From Planctomycetota bacterium (GTDB lineage: Bacteria; Planctomycetota; PLA2; JAEUHO01): 64,000 nucleotides of DNA. This document shows, piece by piece, positions 28,113 through 39,599 of the stretch (its first letter is position 1; every line of letters begins with the position of its first letter). The notes under the pieces are model-generated. The model worked only from the letters and a program-made list of their open reading frames with translations. It was not told where the DNA came from and ran no database searches. The position numbers and the translations under genes were made by a program. The stretch lies in contig JBFWRP010000006.1 in the NCBI GenBank assembly GCA_050248855.1, positions 96,001 to 160,000 on the forward strand, written 5' to 3'.

Positions 28113-30431
28113 ATGTCGTTCCCGAGCTCCACCCGTCCCGTGATCCGCGCGCTCGCGGTCCTGCTCGCGACCGCCGCGGCGCTTGTCGGGGCGGCCCCGG
28201 CACGAGCCAACGGCATCCTCGTGACCGGTCGCGTGGACGGCGGCGAGATCGAGGTCTTCCGACCCGACCGCACGCGTCGTCCCATCGAGCGGCCCCAGCA
28301 CGTCTCGCTCCAGGACCATCGCGTCACGGCGCGCATCAACGACCGCGTTGCCGAGGTCACCGTGGAGCAGGTGTTCCGCAACCACACCGGCATGCAGCTG
28401 GAGGGCACGTACCTGTTCCCGCTGCCCGAGGGGGCCTCGGTCAGCCAGTGGTCGATGACGATGTTCGGTCGCATGGTCGAGGGCGAGATCCTCGAAGCGC
28501 GCAAGGCCCGCGAGATCTACGAGAGCATCGTCCGCGAGCGTCGTGATCCCGGTCTCCTCGAGTACCTCGGTCGTGGCTTGTTCCAGGCGCGCGTGTTCCC
28601 GATCGAGCCGCACAAGGACCTCACGATCCGGCTCACCTTCCAGCAGCTGCTGCCGGAAGACGGTGGCACGATCGAGTTCCGCTACCCGCTGGGCACGGAG
28701 CGCATGAACGCCACGCCCGTCGCCAACGTCACGATGGACGTCCAGGTCACGAGCAACGTGGACATCAAGGCGCTGTACAGCCCGTCGCACGCCGTGGACG
28801 TCGTTCGCAAGGGTGATCGCGAAGCGCGCGTCAGCTACGAGCGTCAGGGGCGGCGCCAGGACAAGGACTTCACGCTGTTCATCGGACGCAGCGAGTCCGA
28901 CGTCGGCTTCTCGCTGCAGAGCCACAAGGCGCCGGGTGAGGACGGCACCTTCCTGATGGTGCTGGCCCCGAAGACCGAGGTCCGTGCCGAGGACATCGTC
29001 CCGCGCGACGTGGTCTTCGTGCTCGACACGAGCGGCTCGATGGCCGGGCCCAAGATGAAGCAGGCCCAGGAGGCCCTGGCCTACGGCATCCGCACGCTGT
29101 CGCCGGGCGACCGCTTCAACGTGCTGGGCTTCGCCACCGGCCTCAACCCCTTCCGCGACACGCTGCAACCCGCCAACGACGAGCTGAAGGAGGCCGCCGT
29201 CCGCTGGGTGGAGGGCTTGCGTCCCGCGGGAGGCACCAACATCCACGACGCGCTGCTCGAGTCGCTGCGCATGCGCCAGGACGGCCGCCTGTTCGTGGTC
29301 GTCTTCCTGACCGACGGCAAGCCCACCATCGAGGAGCGCGACCCCGATCGCATCGTCGAGAAGGTCAAGGCCGCCAACTCCCAGGACACGCGCATCTTCA
29401 CGTTCGGCGTGCTGGGCGAGGACCGTCCGGACCTGGACGTGCGTCTGCTCGATCGCGTCGCCGAGGTCACCCGCGCCACGCGCGACTACGTGCACGCCGG
29501 CGAGGAGATCGAAGTCGTCACCAGCCGCTTCTTCCGCAAGGTGCAGCACCCCGTGATGACCGACGTCACGATCGAGTACGGCGACGGCATCCGCGACGTC
29601 TACCCGCGCACGCTGCCGGACCTGTTCGCCGGCTCGCAGATCGACGTCATGGGCCGCTACGTGACCGGCGGCGACCGCACCATCCGCCTGCGCGGCAAGG
29701 TCGGCAACCGCGAGGTCGTACACGAGTTCCAGGCCACGCTACGTCAGGGCGAGGATGCCGGCTACCTGCCGCGCCTTTGGGCCCAGCGCAAGATCGGTTA
29801 CCTGCTGGACCAGATCCGCCTGCACGGCGCCGACCGTGAGCTCGTGGACGAGGTCGTGCGTCTGGCCACGCGCTACGCCATCGTCACGCCCTACACGGCG
29901 GGCTTGGTCGTCGAGGAGAGCGAGCTCTCGCGTCTCCCGCCGAACGCCCGTGCCCGGCGCGCCGAGGGCCGTGACCTGGGTGGCTTGGTCCCCGGCACCG
30001 GTGGTCGTGCGATGGGGGCGGCCGGCGGGCCGCCTGCACCGTCGGGCCCGGCACCCGAGGAGAGCGTCCGCGACGCCTTCGACAGCGAGACGATCGAGCG
30101 CATGAAGGGCGCCACGTCCGAGGACGCGCCCGCGGACTTCGCGGCCGAAGATGGCCAGGCCCAGGGCGACGATGGTCGCTGGGACCGCGCCAAGAAGGTG
30201 GCCGAGTCCGTGAAGCGCGTCGACGACCGCATTTTCCACGAGGACGCCAACGGCCGCTGGGTCGACGCCACGTGGAAGCCCGAGCTCGAGCCGCGCAAGA
30301 TCGAGGCCTTCTCCAAGGCCTACTTCGAGCTGCTCGAGAAGCACCCGACCGTGGCGCGCTATCTGGCGCTTGGCGAGAAGGTGCTCTTCGTCCACGAGGG
30401 CGTGGCCTACGAGATCACGGCGGCGCAGTAG
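28113..30431 (+). CDS. Secreted VIT + von Willebrand A domain protein
   Basis: Signal peptide; VIT (EQVFRN, EGTYLFPLP, DPGLLE); MIDAS DTSGSM, GGTNI and FLTDG; GGAGG RBS. Confidence 0.92.
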   Translation: MSFPSSTRPVIRALAVLLATAAALVGAAPARANGILVTGRVDGGEIEVFRPDRTRRPIERPQHVSLQDHRVTARINDRVAEVTVEQVFRNHTGMQLEGTYLFPLPEGASVSQWSMTMFGRMVEGEILEARKAREIYESIVRERRDPGLLEYLGRGLFQARVFPIEPHKDLTIRLTFQQLLPEDGGTIEFRYPLGTERMNATPVANVTMDVQVTSNVDIKALYSPSHAVDVVRKGDREARVSYERQGRRQDKDFTLFIGRSESDVGFSLQSHKAPGEDGTFLMVLAPKTEVRAEDIVPRDVVFVLDTSGSMAGPKMKQAQEALAYGIRTLSPGDRFNVLGFATGLNPFRDTLQPANDELKEAAVRWVEGLRPAGGTNIHDALLESLRMRQDGRLFVVVFLTDGKPTIEERDPDRIVEKVKAANSQDTRIFTFGVLGEDRPDLDVRLLDRVAEVTRATRDYVHAGEEIEVVTSRFFRKVQHPVMTDVTIEYGDGIRDVYPRTLPDLFAGSQIDVMGRYVTGGDRTIRLRGKVGNREVVHEFQATLRQGEDAGYLPRLWAQRKIGYLLDQIRLHGADRELVDEVVRLATRYAIVTPYTAGLVVEESELSRLPPNARARRAEGRDLGGLVPGTGGRAMGAAGGPPAPSGPAPEESVRDAFDSETIERMKGATSEDAPADFAAEDGQAQGDDGRWDRAKKVAESVKRVDDRIFHEDANGRWVDATWKPELEPRKIEAFSKAYFELLEKHPTVARYLALGEKVLFVHEGVAYEITAAQ

Positions 30432-30522
30432 CCGCCACGAAGGCCAGCTGCTTCCCCCCGGGGGGAAGCCCACCTGCGGGCGCCGCTCTCCCCGGGCGGC
30501 GCCCGTCTCGTACCATGCGCGC

Positions 30523-31626
30523 ATGTCGCGTGCGGTCGCGCTCTTCGCCGTGGGCCTCGTCCTGTTCGTCGCGCGCCCGGCTCGCGCCGACGACGACCTG
30601 GCGCGCGAGGCGCGCCTCCTGGTGGATGGGGCCCTGCCGGCGCGGCGCGCCGCGATCGCTCGGCTCGAGGCCTGGCCCGAGCAGCCTGATGGCGCACGCG
30701 TCGAACGGCTGCTCGCCAGGGCGCTCGGGGACGAGGCAGGTCTCGTGCGCGGCGCGGCCGCGGCCGCCCTGGCGCGTCGCGGTGCGCGTCACCACATCGA
30801 CGTCGTGCGCGAGGCCCTTGGCCAGGAGGTCGATCCCCTGGCGCTTGCCCCGCTGCTTCACGCGCTCGGGCTCCTGGGGCTGACCGGCGACGGGCCGCGC
30901 GTGAACCCGTACGTGCTGCACCCCGACCCCGCGGTGCGGCGTGCGGCCGTCCTGGCGCTCGGCGACCTGGGCGCGCCCGCGGCGGCCGACGTGGCGCGTC
31001 GCATGATCGTGGACCCCCGTGGCGAGGACCCGGGCGAGGGCGTGCGCGCAGCCGCGGCCCTCGTGCTCGGCCGCCGCGGCTCGGCCGAGGACGCCGCCTG
31101 GTTGATCCAGCGCGTAGGCGATCGCACCGTGGACCCGGCGCCCGGCTGGCTGTTGCGCAGCGCCTACGCACAAGCCATTGGTCGGCTCGGTGGCGAAGGG
31201 GCCACCGCCGCGCTCGTGAGCTTGCTGGGAGATCCCGACGCGCGTGTCGCCGTCACCGCGGCCACCGGGCTGGCCACGCTCGGCGCGCGCCAGGTGTTGC
31301 TCGGCGCGCTTGGACACGCCGAGCCCGCCGTGCGCGCCGCGGCGATCGGTGGCGTGCTGCAGGGACGGGTTCGCGACGGCTACCCCGTCCTCGCCAGCCT
31401 GGCCCGCCGGGATCCGAGTCGCGACGTACGCTGGGCCGCGACGAGTGCCCTCTGGAAGCTCGAGATGCGCGAGGCCGACGCGTACGTGATCGAGGGGCTC
31501 GGCGCTTCCGATCCGGGCGTCGTCTTGGCAGCGCACCACCTGCTCGTGGAGCGCTTGGGCCAGGACCACCAGCTCGACGTGGAGGGATGGAAGGCGGCCC
31601 TGGCCCGTTGGTGGCAGCGGCGGTGA
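30523..31626 (+). CDS. Secreted HEAT-repeat protein
   Basis: Signal peptide; repeated VRxAAxxALG units. Confidence 0.8.
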   Translation: MSRAVALFAVGLVLFVARPARADDDLAREARLLVDGALPARRAAIARLEAWPEQPDGARVERLLARALGDEAGLVRGAAAAALARRGARHHIDVVREALGQEVDPLALAPLLHALGLLGLTGDGPRVNPYVLHPDPAVRRAAVLALGDLGAPAAADVARRMIVDPRGEDPGEGVRAAAALVLGRRGSAEDAAWLIQRVGDRTVDPAPGWLLRSAYAQAIGRLGGEGATAALVSLLGDPDARVAVTAATGLATLGARQVLLGALGHAEPAVRAAAIGGVLQGRVRDGYPVLASLARRDPSRDVRWAATSALWKLEMREADAYVIEGLGASDPGVVLAAHHLLVERLGQDHQLDVEGWKAALARWWQRR

Positions 31627-32507
31627 GCTTCCCGCGTACCGCGCACGCGCTTGCCGCGGCGCTCGAGGCCGCCGGGCTGGCCCCCGACCGGCGTCACGGA
31701 CAGTGCTTCCTCACGGACGCGCAGGCCGTGGACGCGATCGTCCGGGACGCGGCCGTCACCGCGGTCGACCACGTGGTCGAGGTGGGGACGGGGCCCGGTC
31801 TGTTGACGCACGCCCTGGCGGGAACGGGCGCGCACGTGACGACGTTCGACATCGATGCCCGGCTGCAGCGCTTTGCCCGCGACGTCGAGGCGTGGCCGGC
31901 CACGGTGACCTTCGTGGAAGGCGACGTGCTGGCCGCCAAGCACCAGCTGTCGCCGGCCTTCGCGGCCGCGCTCGAGCGAGAGCCCGCGCCCGAGGGTCGA
32001 CGTCTCCTGGTGAGCAACCTGCCCTACAACGTGGCCACGCCGATCTTGCTGGGCGTGTTCGGCATGGCGCGCCCCCCGCAGCAGATCACCGTGATGGTCC
32101 AACGCGAGGTCGCCGAGAAGCTGCTGGCGCCGCCCGGCCACGCGGCCCATGGCGCGCCGTCGGTGCTCGTGGGTCTGGCCGCCACGGGGCGCATCCTGCG
32201 CCGCTTCCCACCGCAGGTGTTCTGGCCGCGCCCGCGCGTGGACAGTGCCCTGCTGCGTCTGGACCCGATCGCCCCGTCGCCGTACCGATCCGGCGAGGCG
32301 GATGCGTTCGGTCGTTTCGTGACCGGGTTGTTCACGCAGCGGCGCAAGGTGCTCCGAACCGCCGCTGCCCACGCGCTCGGTGCCACGCCCGCCGAGGCCG
32401 AGGCCGCCGCCGTCGCCGTCGGCGTGGATCCCACGACGCGCGCCCAAGACGTCGCGGCCTCCGACCTGTTGGCGCTCTGGCGGTTTGCGGGGGGAGCGCG
32501 GGGGTAG
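31623..32507 (+). CDS. rsmA: 16S rRNA adenine dimethyltransferase
   Basis: GQCFL, EVGTGPG, SNLPYN, MVQREVA and FWPRPRVDSA motifs. Confidence 0.93.
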   Translation: MSFPRTAHALAAALEAAGLAPDRRHGQCFLTDAQAVDAIVRDAAVTAVDHVVEVGTGPGLLTHALAGTGAHVTTFDIDARLQRFARDVEAWPATVTFVEGDVLAAKHQLSPAFAAALEREPAPEGRRLLVSNLPYNVATPILLGVFGMARPPQQITVMVQREVAEKLLAPPGHAAHGAPSVLVGLAATGRILRRFPPQVFWPRPRVDSALLRLDPIAPSPYRSGEADAFGRFVTGLFTQRRKVLRTAAAHALGATPAEAEAAAVAVGVDPTTRAQDVAASDLLALWRFAGGARG

Positions 32508-32558
32508 GATCCGACCCCCCTGCTGCCGACGCGGGTCGCAGGGCGAGGAGCCTCACGC

Positions 32559-34661
32559 GTGGCCGCGATTCCCGACGAGATCATCCAGCGTGTGCGCGAC
32601 GCCCACGACATCGTCGAGGTCGTCAGCCGCAGCTTGGAGCTCAAGCGGGCCGGCAGTGCCTGGAAGGCGTGTTGTCCGTTCCACGAGGAGAAGACGCCCT
32701 CGTTCCAGGTCAATCCGCGCCTGCAGATCTTCAAGTGCTTCGGCTGCGGCAAGGGCGGCAACGTCTTCCACTGGCTCATGGAAGCGCGGGGGATGACCTT
32801 TCCCGAGGCCGTTCGCCAGCTGGCCGAGGAGCGCTCCATCGACGTGCCGACCGTGCGCGGCGCGGACCCCGCCGCTTCCCGCGACCAGCGGCTGCGCCTC
32901 AGGGATGCGCTGGAGGCGGCCCTGGCGTGGTTCCGGCGCGTGCTCGAAGCCCCCATCGGCGCCGAGGCCCGCTCGTACCTCGAGCGCCGCGGGTACGACG
33001 TCGAACGCCAGCGCGAGCTGGAGCTGGGCTTTGCCCCACCCGCCTGGGACGGGCTGGTCCAGGCCCTGGCGCGCCGCGGCGCCACGGGCGAGCTGCTGGA
33101 GGAGGCCGGGCTCGCGCGCCGCCGGGATCGCGGCGGCTGGTACGACGCGTTCCGCCACCGCGTGATGTTCCCGGTGCGCGATGCGCAGGGTCGTCTCGTG
33201 ACCTTCGCCGGCCGCACGCTCGATCCCGACGAGCCGGCCAAGTACGTCAACGGGGCCGAGACCGCGTTGTTCCGCAAGTCCGACGTGCTGTACGCGCTCG
33301 ATCGTGCCGCCGCCGGCATCCGACGGCGCGGCGAGGCCCTGGTCATGGAGGGCTACACGGACGTGCTCATGGCCCACGTGCACGGCTTCGACCATGCGGT
33401 CGCGGGCATGGGCACGGCGTTCACCGAGGCGCAGGCGCGCTTGCTCGGGCGCTTCACGGAGCGGGCCGTGCTGCTCTACGACGGCGACCCGGCGGGCCAG
33501 GCGGCGTCGGAGCGCACGCTCGAGATCCTGCTGCCTGCTGGCTTCGACGTGCGCGTGGCCGTCCTGCCGGTCGGGCGCGACGTCGACGAGATCCTGCTCG
33601 AAGAGGGCCCGGAGGCCCTGGAGTCGTTGCTCGGCGGAGCGCGGGACTGGTTCACCCACCGCCTCGAGCGCGAGCGGCAGCGCCACGATCTGTCGAGCGC
33701 CCGCGGGCGCAGCGATGCCGCGCAGTCGCTGCTGGGCACCATCACCAAGGTGCGCAGCGAGATCGAGCGGGAGCTGCGGCTGAAGGAGCTGGCCGAGGAG
33801 CTCGGCGGTGACCTCGGCGGCATGGATGTCGAGGCCACGCTCCGCAAGCTCGCTGCCAAGCAGGCGGCTCGCCCCGCGGGTCCGCGCCCCGGGCCGCCGC
33901 GGCCCGTCCGCCCCGCCGGCGAGGCGGCGCTGCTCCACGATCGGCAGTCGCAGGTCGGCTACCTCGCGGGGGCCCTGTCCGACGCGGAGCTGGCCGAGGC
34001 GATCCTCAGGGCCGTCGGTCCCGAGGAGTTCGCCGACGCCGTGCTGCGCCGCCTCTACGAGGCGCTCCTGGACCTCCACGAGGCGGGCCGGCCGCTGCTC
34101 CGGGAGTCCCTGGCGGCGTACCTGGCGCAGGACGCCGAGGGCCTTTCCGAGCTGGCCGCGCTGCCCGAGGACCCCACCCTCGGCGAGCGGGTACGCTCGC
34201 AGATTGCCTTCCTCGAGCAGCGTCGGCTCACACGCGAGCGGGAGGCGTTCCTCCGGGCCCAGATGGCGGCAGCCGCCGCCGGCGAGCCGACCCGGGGTCG
34301 CCCATCCGCCGCCGAGCCCCGATCCCCGGGCTCGGTGCGCCCAAGCCGCTCGGGCACGGGCAGCGCGGAACCCGCGTGGGCAGGTGGGCGTTGGCTACCC
34401 CCTGGGGGGGCGTCGGACGCCCCGCGCGGGGGCCGGGCCGACGCGGGCGTTTCCCGCCGTGGGGGAGGTCCTCGCGACGACGACCTCGCGTCTCCTTCCG
34501 AGATCCCCGTCTGCGACGAGTACGACCCGGCCTTCGACCTACCGGTCCTGGACGGACCGCCCGCCGACGGCCGTGGTGGAGACGATGCACTGACACCCGA
34601 AGCACTGCCGCCGGCAGCACCGCCGCCGGGCGCGCGGCCACCCGACACGCAACCTGGCTGA
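32559..34661 (+). CDS. dnaG: DNA primase with low-complexity C-terminal extension
   Basis: CPFHEEKTPSF, CFGC, KYVNG and EGYTDV motifs; TOPRIM YDGD. Confidence 0.95.
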   Translation: MAAIPDEIIQRVRDAHDIVEVVSRSLELKRAGSAWKACCPFHEEKTPSFQVNPRLQIFKCFGCGKGGNVFHWLMEARGMTFPEAVRQLAEERSIDVPTVRGADPAASRDQRLRLRDALEAALAWFRRVLEAPIGAEARSYLERRGYDVERQRELELGFAPPAWDGLVQALARRGATGELLEEAGLARRRDRGGWYDAFRHRVMFPVRDAQGRLVTFAGRTLDPDEPAKYVNGAETALFRKSDVLYALDRAAAGIRRRGEALVMEGYTDVLMAHVHGFDHAVAGMGTAFTEAQARLLGRFTERAVLLYDGDPAGQAASERTLEILLPAGFDVRVAVLPVGRDVDEILLEEGPEALESLLGGARDWFTHRLERERQRHDLSSARGRSDAAQSLLGTITKVRSEIERELRLKELAEELGGDLGGMDVEATLRKLAAKQAARPAGPRPGPPRPVRPAGEAALLHDRQSQVGYLAGALSDAELAEAILRAVGPEEFADAVLRRLYEALLDLHEAGRPLLRESLAAYLAQDAEGLSELAALPEDPTLGERVRSQIAFLEQRRLTREREAFLRAQMAAAAAGEPTRGRPSAAEPRSPGSVRPSRSGTGSAEPAWAGGRWLPPGGASDAPRGGRADAGVSRRGGGPRDDDLASPSEIPVCDEYDPAFDLPVLDGPPADGRGGDDALTPEALPPAAPPPGARPPDTQPG

Positions 34662-34743
34662 CGCCTCGACGCGGACCTCTCTGGTGGAAGGGGTCCCCCG
34701 GGGCCGTCCTCCCCGATGATGCCCCCCCCTCGGAGCACGAAGC

Positions 34744-36456
<1,713 letters not shown>

Positions 36457-36511
36457 GCACCGCGGCGAGCCCCGCCCGGTTGCTCGCCCCCCGAACCGCA
36501 CCGCCCCCGCT

Positions 36512-36546
36512 CCGCGCCGTCCACTCGGACGGCGCGGTTTCGTTTT
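36512..36546 (+). terminator. Intrinsic terminator after rpoD
   Basis: 11-bp GC stem CCGCGCCGTCC/GGACGGCGCGG followed by TTTCGTTTT. Confidence 0.7.
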
Positions 36547-36580
36547 GCCCACTGTCGTCCCCGCAGGAGCCTTCTTGGCG

Positions 36581-37288
36581 ATGACCACCACCACCGACGA
36601 GCTGATCCAGCGCCTTCTGGCCTTGAACGCCGTGGACCTGCGCATCCGCGAGCTGGGCGAGCGTCTGGATCGCGCGCCCGCGGCCGTCTCCGAGCGTGAG
36701 GAAGCCGCCAAGGCCCTTGACGAGGAGGCCGCGCAGGTCCGGCAGAAGCTGGCGCTCCTGCGTGCCCAACGCCGCATGCGCGAGAACGAGATCCGGGGGC
36801 TGGACGCCAAGCTCGAGCGGCTGAAGTCGCAGTCCTCCTCGGTGCGCACCAACAAGGAGTTCGTCGCCTTCCGCAGCGAGATCTCCAACACGCAGGCCGA
36901 GTCCGACCGCTTGCAGGGCGAAGTCCTCAAGATCCTCGAGGTGGAAGAGCAGGCCGATGCGCGCATCAAGCAGCTCGACGAGCAGCGCGACGCCGAGCGC
37001 GCCCGGGCCGCCAAGATGAAGGAGCAGACGCTCGAGCAGATGGGGGCCGTGCGTGCCGAGCGCGAGGCCCTGCAGAACGACCGCAAGAAGAAGGTCGAGG
37101 ACCTGCCCAAGGAGGCCCTCCAGCTCTACGACCGCTGCCGCGTAGCCCGCGGCTCCGGCATGGCGCACCTGGAGGGCGAGTACTGCGGTGGCTGCGGCGC
37201 TCTCGTCACCCGCAACGACGTCTACGCCGTCCAGAACCGCTCCCGCCTCGTCCCTTGCAAGGCCTGCAACCGCCTCCTCTACCTCTGA
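36581..37288 (+). CDS. Coiled-coil protein with C4 zinc ribbon (DUF164/CT398-like)
   Basis: Long coiled coil, then CGGC...CKACNRLLY; AGGAG RBS. Confidence 0.88.
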   Translation: MTTTTDELIQRLLALNAVDLRIRELGERLDRAPAAVSEREEAAKALDEEAAQVRQKLALLRAQRRMRENEIRGLDAKLERLKSQSSSVRTNKEFVAFRSEISNTQAESDRLQGEVLKILEVEEQADARIKQLDEQRDAERARAAKMKEQTLEQMGAVRAEREALQNDRKKKVEDLPKEALQLYDRCRVARGSGMAHLEGEYCGGCGALVTRNDVYAVQNRSRLVPCKACNRLLYL

Positions 37289-37462
37289 CGGCTCGCCGGA
37301 TGCTCGGTGGGACCGTCGCGCTGTCGTCCTTGCGTGGGAAGACCACGCGGCGTCCTCCATCGCTTGGTCGCACCTTCGCCCCGGCGACCCGTCACGACTA
37401 CGTGCGCGCGCGTCTGGGATACCCGCGGGGGCGTTCTGAACCCCGTGAGGGGTGGAGGGGGG

Positions 37463-38068
37463 ACCGTGAGGGGTGCAGGGGGGGTACGGAGTAGCCCCCC
37501 TGCTGCGCAGGCGAAGCCGGAGCACCGAGTCCGCGCGTTAGCGCGGAACGAGCGTGGAGCGACCAGAGACCGAAGTGCGACGTTCGCTCGCCGGCGTACC
37601 GCGACCCCTGCGTGTCAGGCACCTTGCCCACGTTGCCGCTGCGCGGCGCCGCGGCAAGGGTCCTGACACATCCGGGTTCGCACCCCTCCCCCGCGCCTTC
37701 ACGCCTGTCAGCTGCGATCGCCGGCGGGAGCAGGCAGCCTTCGCCACACATCGGGTCGTCAGGGCACCGTGAGGGGTGCAGGGGGGGTACGGAATAGCCC
37801 CCCTGCTGCGCAGGCGAAGCCGGAGCACCGAGTCCGCGCGGGAGCGCGGAACGAGCGTGGGGCGACCAGGCACCGAAGTGTGACGTTCGCTCGCCGGCGT
37901 ACCGCGACCCCTGCGTGTCAGGCACCTTGCCCACGTTGCCGCTGCGCGGCGCCGCGGCAAGGGTCCTGACACATCCGGGTTCGCACCCCTCCCCCGCGCC
38001 TTCACGCCTGTCAGCTGCGATCGCCGGCGGGAGCAGGCAGCCTTCGCCACACATCGGGTCGTCAGGGC
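37463..38068 (+). repeat. Structured repeat family A, two tandem 303-bp units
   Basis: 37463-37765 and 37766-38068 are almost identical; located between the convergent zinc-ribbon gene and rnpB. Confidence 0.95.
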
Positions 38069-38196
38069 GAAGGCGCCAGCAAGCCATCCGCGACGACTCG
38101 TAGCCGAGCTACTCGAGGAGCGGATGGCGCCGCTGCCGCCGAGCACTCGGCGAGCCGCCCCTACGCACCCCAGGCCACGCACGACTCCAACAAAGG

Positions 38197-38597
38197 TGCG
38201 ACGACCGGGCCTATAAGCCGGGTCCTGTCGAGGACGATCATCGATCTGGGACCGCCGTTGCCGGCGGCCTCGAACGGCCTACCCGGGAGTGCTGACGGCG
38301 CGGGCCGCGCCGTGCGCCGAAGCGCTCCTCCTCTACATGGCCTTCCTCCGGGAGCGGCATGCCTCGCCAGCGACGTCGCCGCCGCCGCGGTGGGCTCTTA
38401 CCCCACCGTTTCACCCTTGCCTGTGCCCAACGGACCTGGTGGCCCGGGGCCATCGGCGGTGTGCTTTCTGTTGCCTTTCCGCGGACTCGCGCCCGGTGGG
38501 CGTTACCCACCTCCGTGCCCTGTGGAGCCCGGACTTTCCTCGACGCCTCGCACCCCGAAGGGCACGCACGCCGCGACCGTCCGGCCCGGTCGTCGCA
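38197..38597 (-). ncRNA. rnpB: RNase P RNA (type A)
   Basis: Minus strand has GAGGAAAGTCCGGGCTCC, GGTGAAACGGTGGGGTAAGAGCCCAC and ACAGGACCCGGCTTATAG; the ends pair as P1; TAGAGT -10 box at 38603-38608. Confidence 0.95.
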
Positions 38598-38626
38598 CCG
38601 AGACTCTACCGGACCTGGCGGCTCGC

Positions 38627-39433
38627 CTACCTACCCGGGACCCAGCGGGCGTCCTTCTTGTGGTCGTTCCACCAGCGGCGCCACTCGAGCGGGCGCGTCA
38701 GCTGTTGGCTGGTCAGGGCCTGCAGCGTGGCGAGGAGCGTCTTGCCGTAGATGTCCCAGCGCTTGGTCATGACCTGCTTCTGGATGCGATCCTCGGGGCG
38801 GATCGAGGTCATCAAGGTGTACGTCGTCTCGTAGAGGTCCACGAGACGACGAACGGGCTCGCGGCGCTGCTGGATGGGCGCGCCGGCGTGCACGGACAAC
38901 GCACGCGCCGCCTCGTCGACGACCTCGGCGGGCTCGTCGCTGCGGATGAGCTGGGCCAGACGCTCGATGGACTTGGGGCTGGCGATCACCGCATAGGCGT
39001 GCGCGATCCGGCGGCGGAGGTCGGCGTCGCGGCGGAGGTCCTTCTCCTCCAGCAGGTCGTCGAGCGTGGGGAGGAGCTTTTCGTGGTGCTCGCGCTCGGC
39101 CAGCGCAAAGGCCCGGTCGCGGACGACGGCATCCGTGTCCCACACGGCCTCGAGGGCGGCGCGGCCTGCCTCCCAGCCCCCCAGCGCCTCCAGCGCCGTC
39201 AGGTAGCCGAGGACCTCGTCGCGCTTGCGCTCGGCCCAAGGGCTCTTCACGATCCGGCGGATCTTGCTGCGGAGGCTGGACACGGTGTGGACGCGGCCTT
39301 CCTCCTGCGGGTCGCGCGCGTCTTCGGGGCCCGAGGCACCGTCTTCGGCCGCTGCCGCGGGGGACCACCAACACGTGGCGAGGAGCAGCGCGAGCATGAC
39401 CCAGCGCCTGCGGCGGGCCGCAGGGAGGGGCAC
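38627..39433 (-). CDS. Secreted HEAT-repeat hypothetical protein
   Basis: Signal peptide, helical repeats and ..LQALT..WRRWW C-terminal motif; start uncertain. Confidence 0.7.
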   Translation of the reverse strand: MPLPAARRRRWVMLALLLATCWWSPAAAAEDGASGPEDARDPQEEGRVHTVSSLRSKIRRIVKSPWAERKRDEVLGYLTALEALGGWEAGRAALEAVWDTDAVVRDRAFALAEREHHEKLLPTLDDLLEEKDLRRDADLRRRIAHAYAVIASPKSIERLAQLIRSDEPAEVVDEAARALSVHAGAPIQQRREPVRRLVDLYETTYTLMTSIRPEDRIQKQVMTKRWDIYGKTLLATLQALTSQQLTRPLEWRRWWNDHKKDARWVPGR

Positions 39434-39599
39434 TCCGTGCAAGGACCGGCCTCGGGGCGTCCAGGGGTTCGTGCGGGGAGGTCGGATTCGACGCATGCGC
39501 GCTCCTCTGCGATCCTAACGCCCCCGCGGGCGCGGAGGTTGCCCCCCGTCCGGCACCGCGGGTTCCCAGGCGCCCCGTGGGCGAGAGGACGAAGGCCCC

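Noticed and set aside
37398..38182. ORFs running through the 303-bp tandem repeat (period is a multiple of 3)
   Set aside because: There is no codon bias or RBS, the 61k copies have indels and a different period, and substitutions conserve base pairing rather than amino acids.
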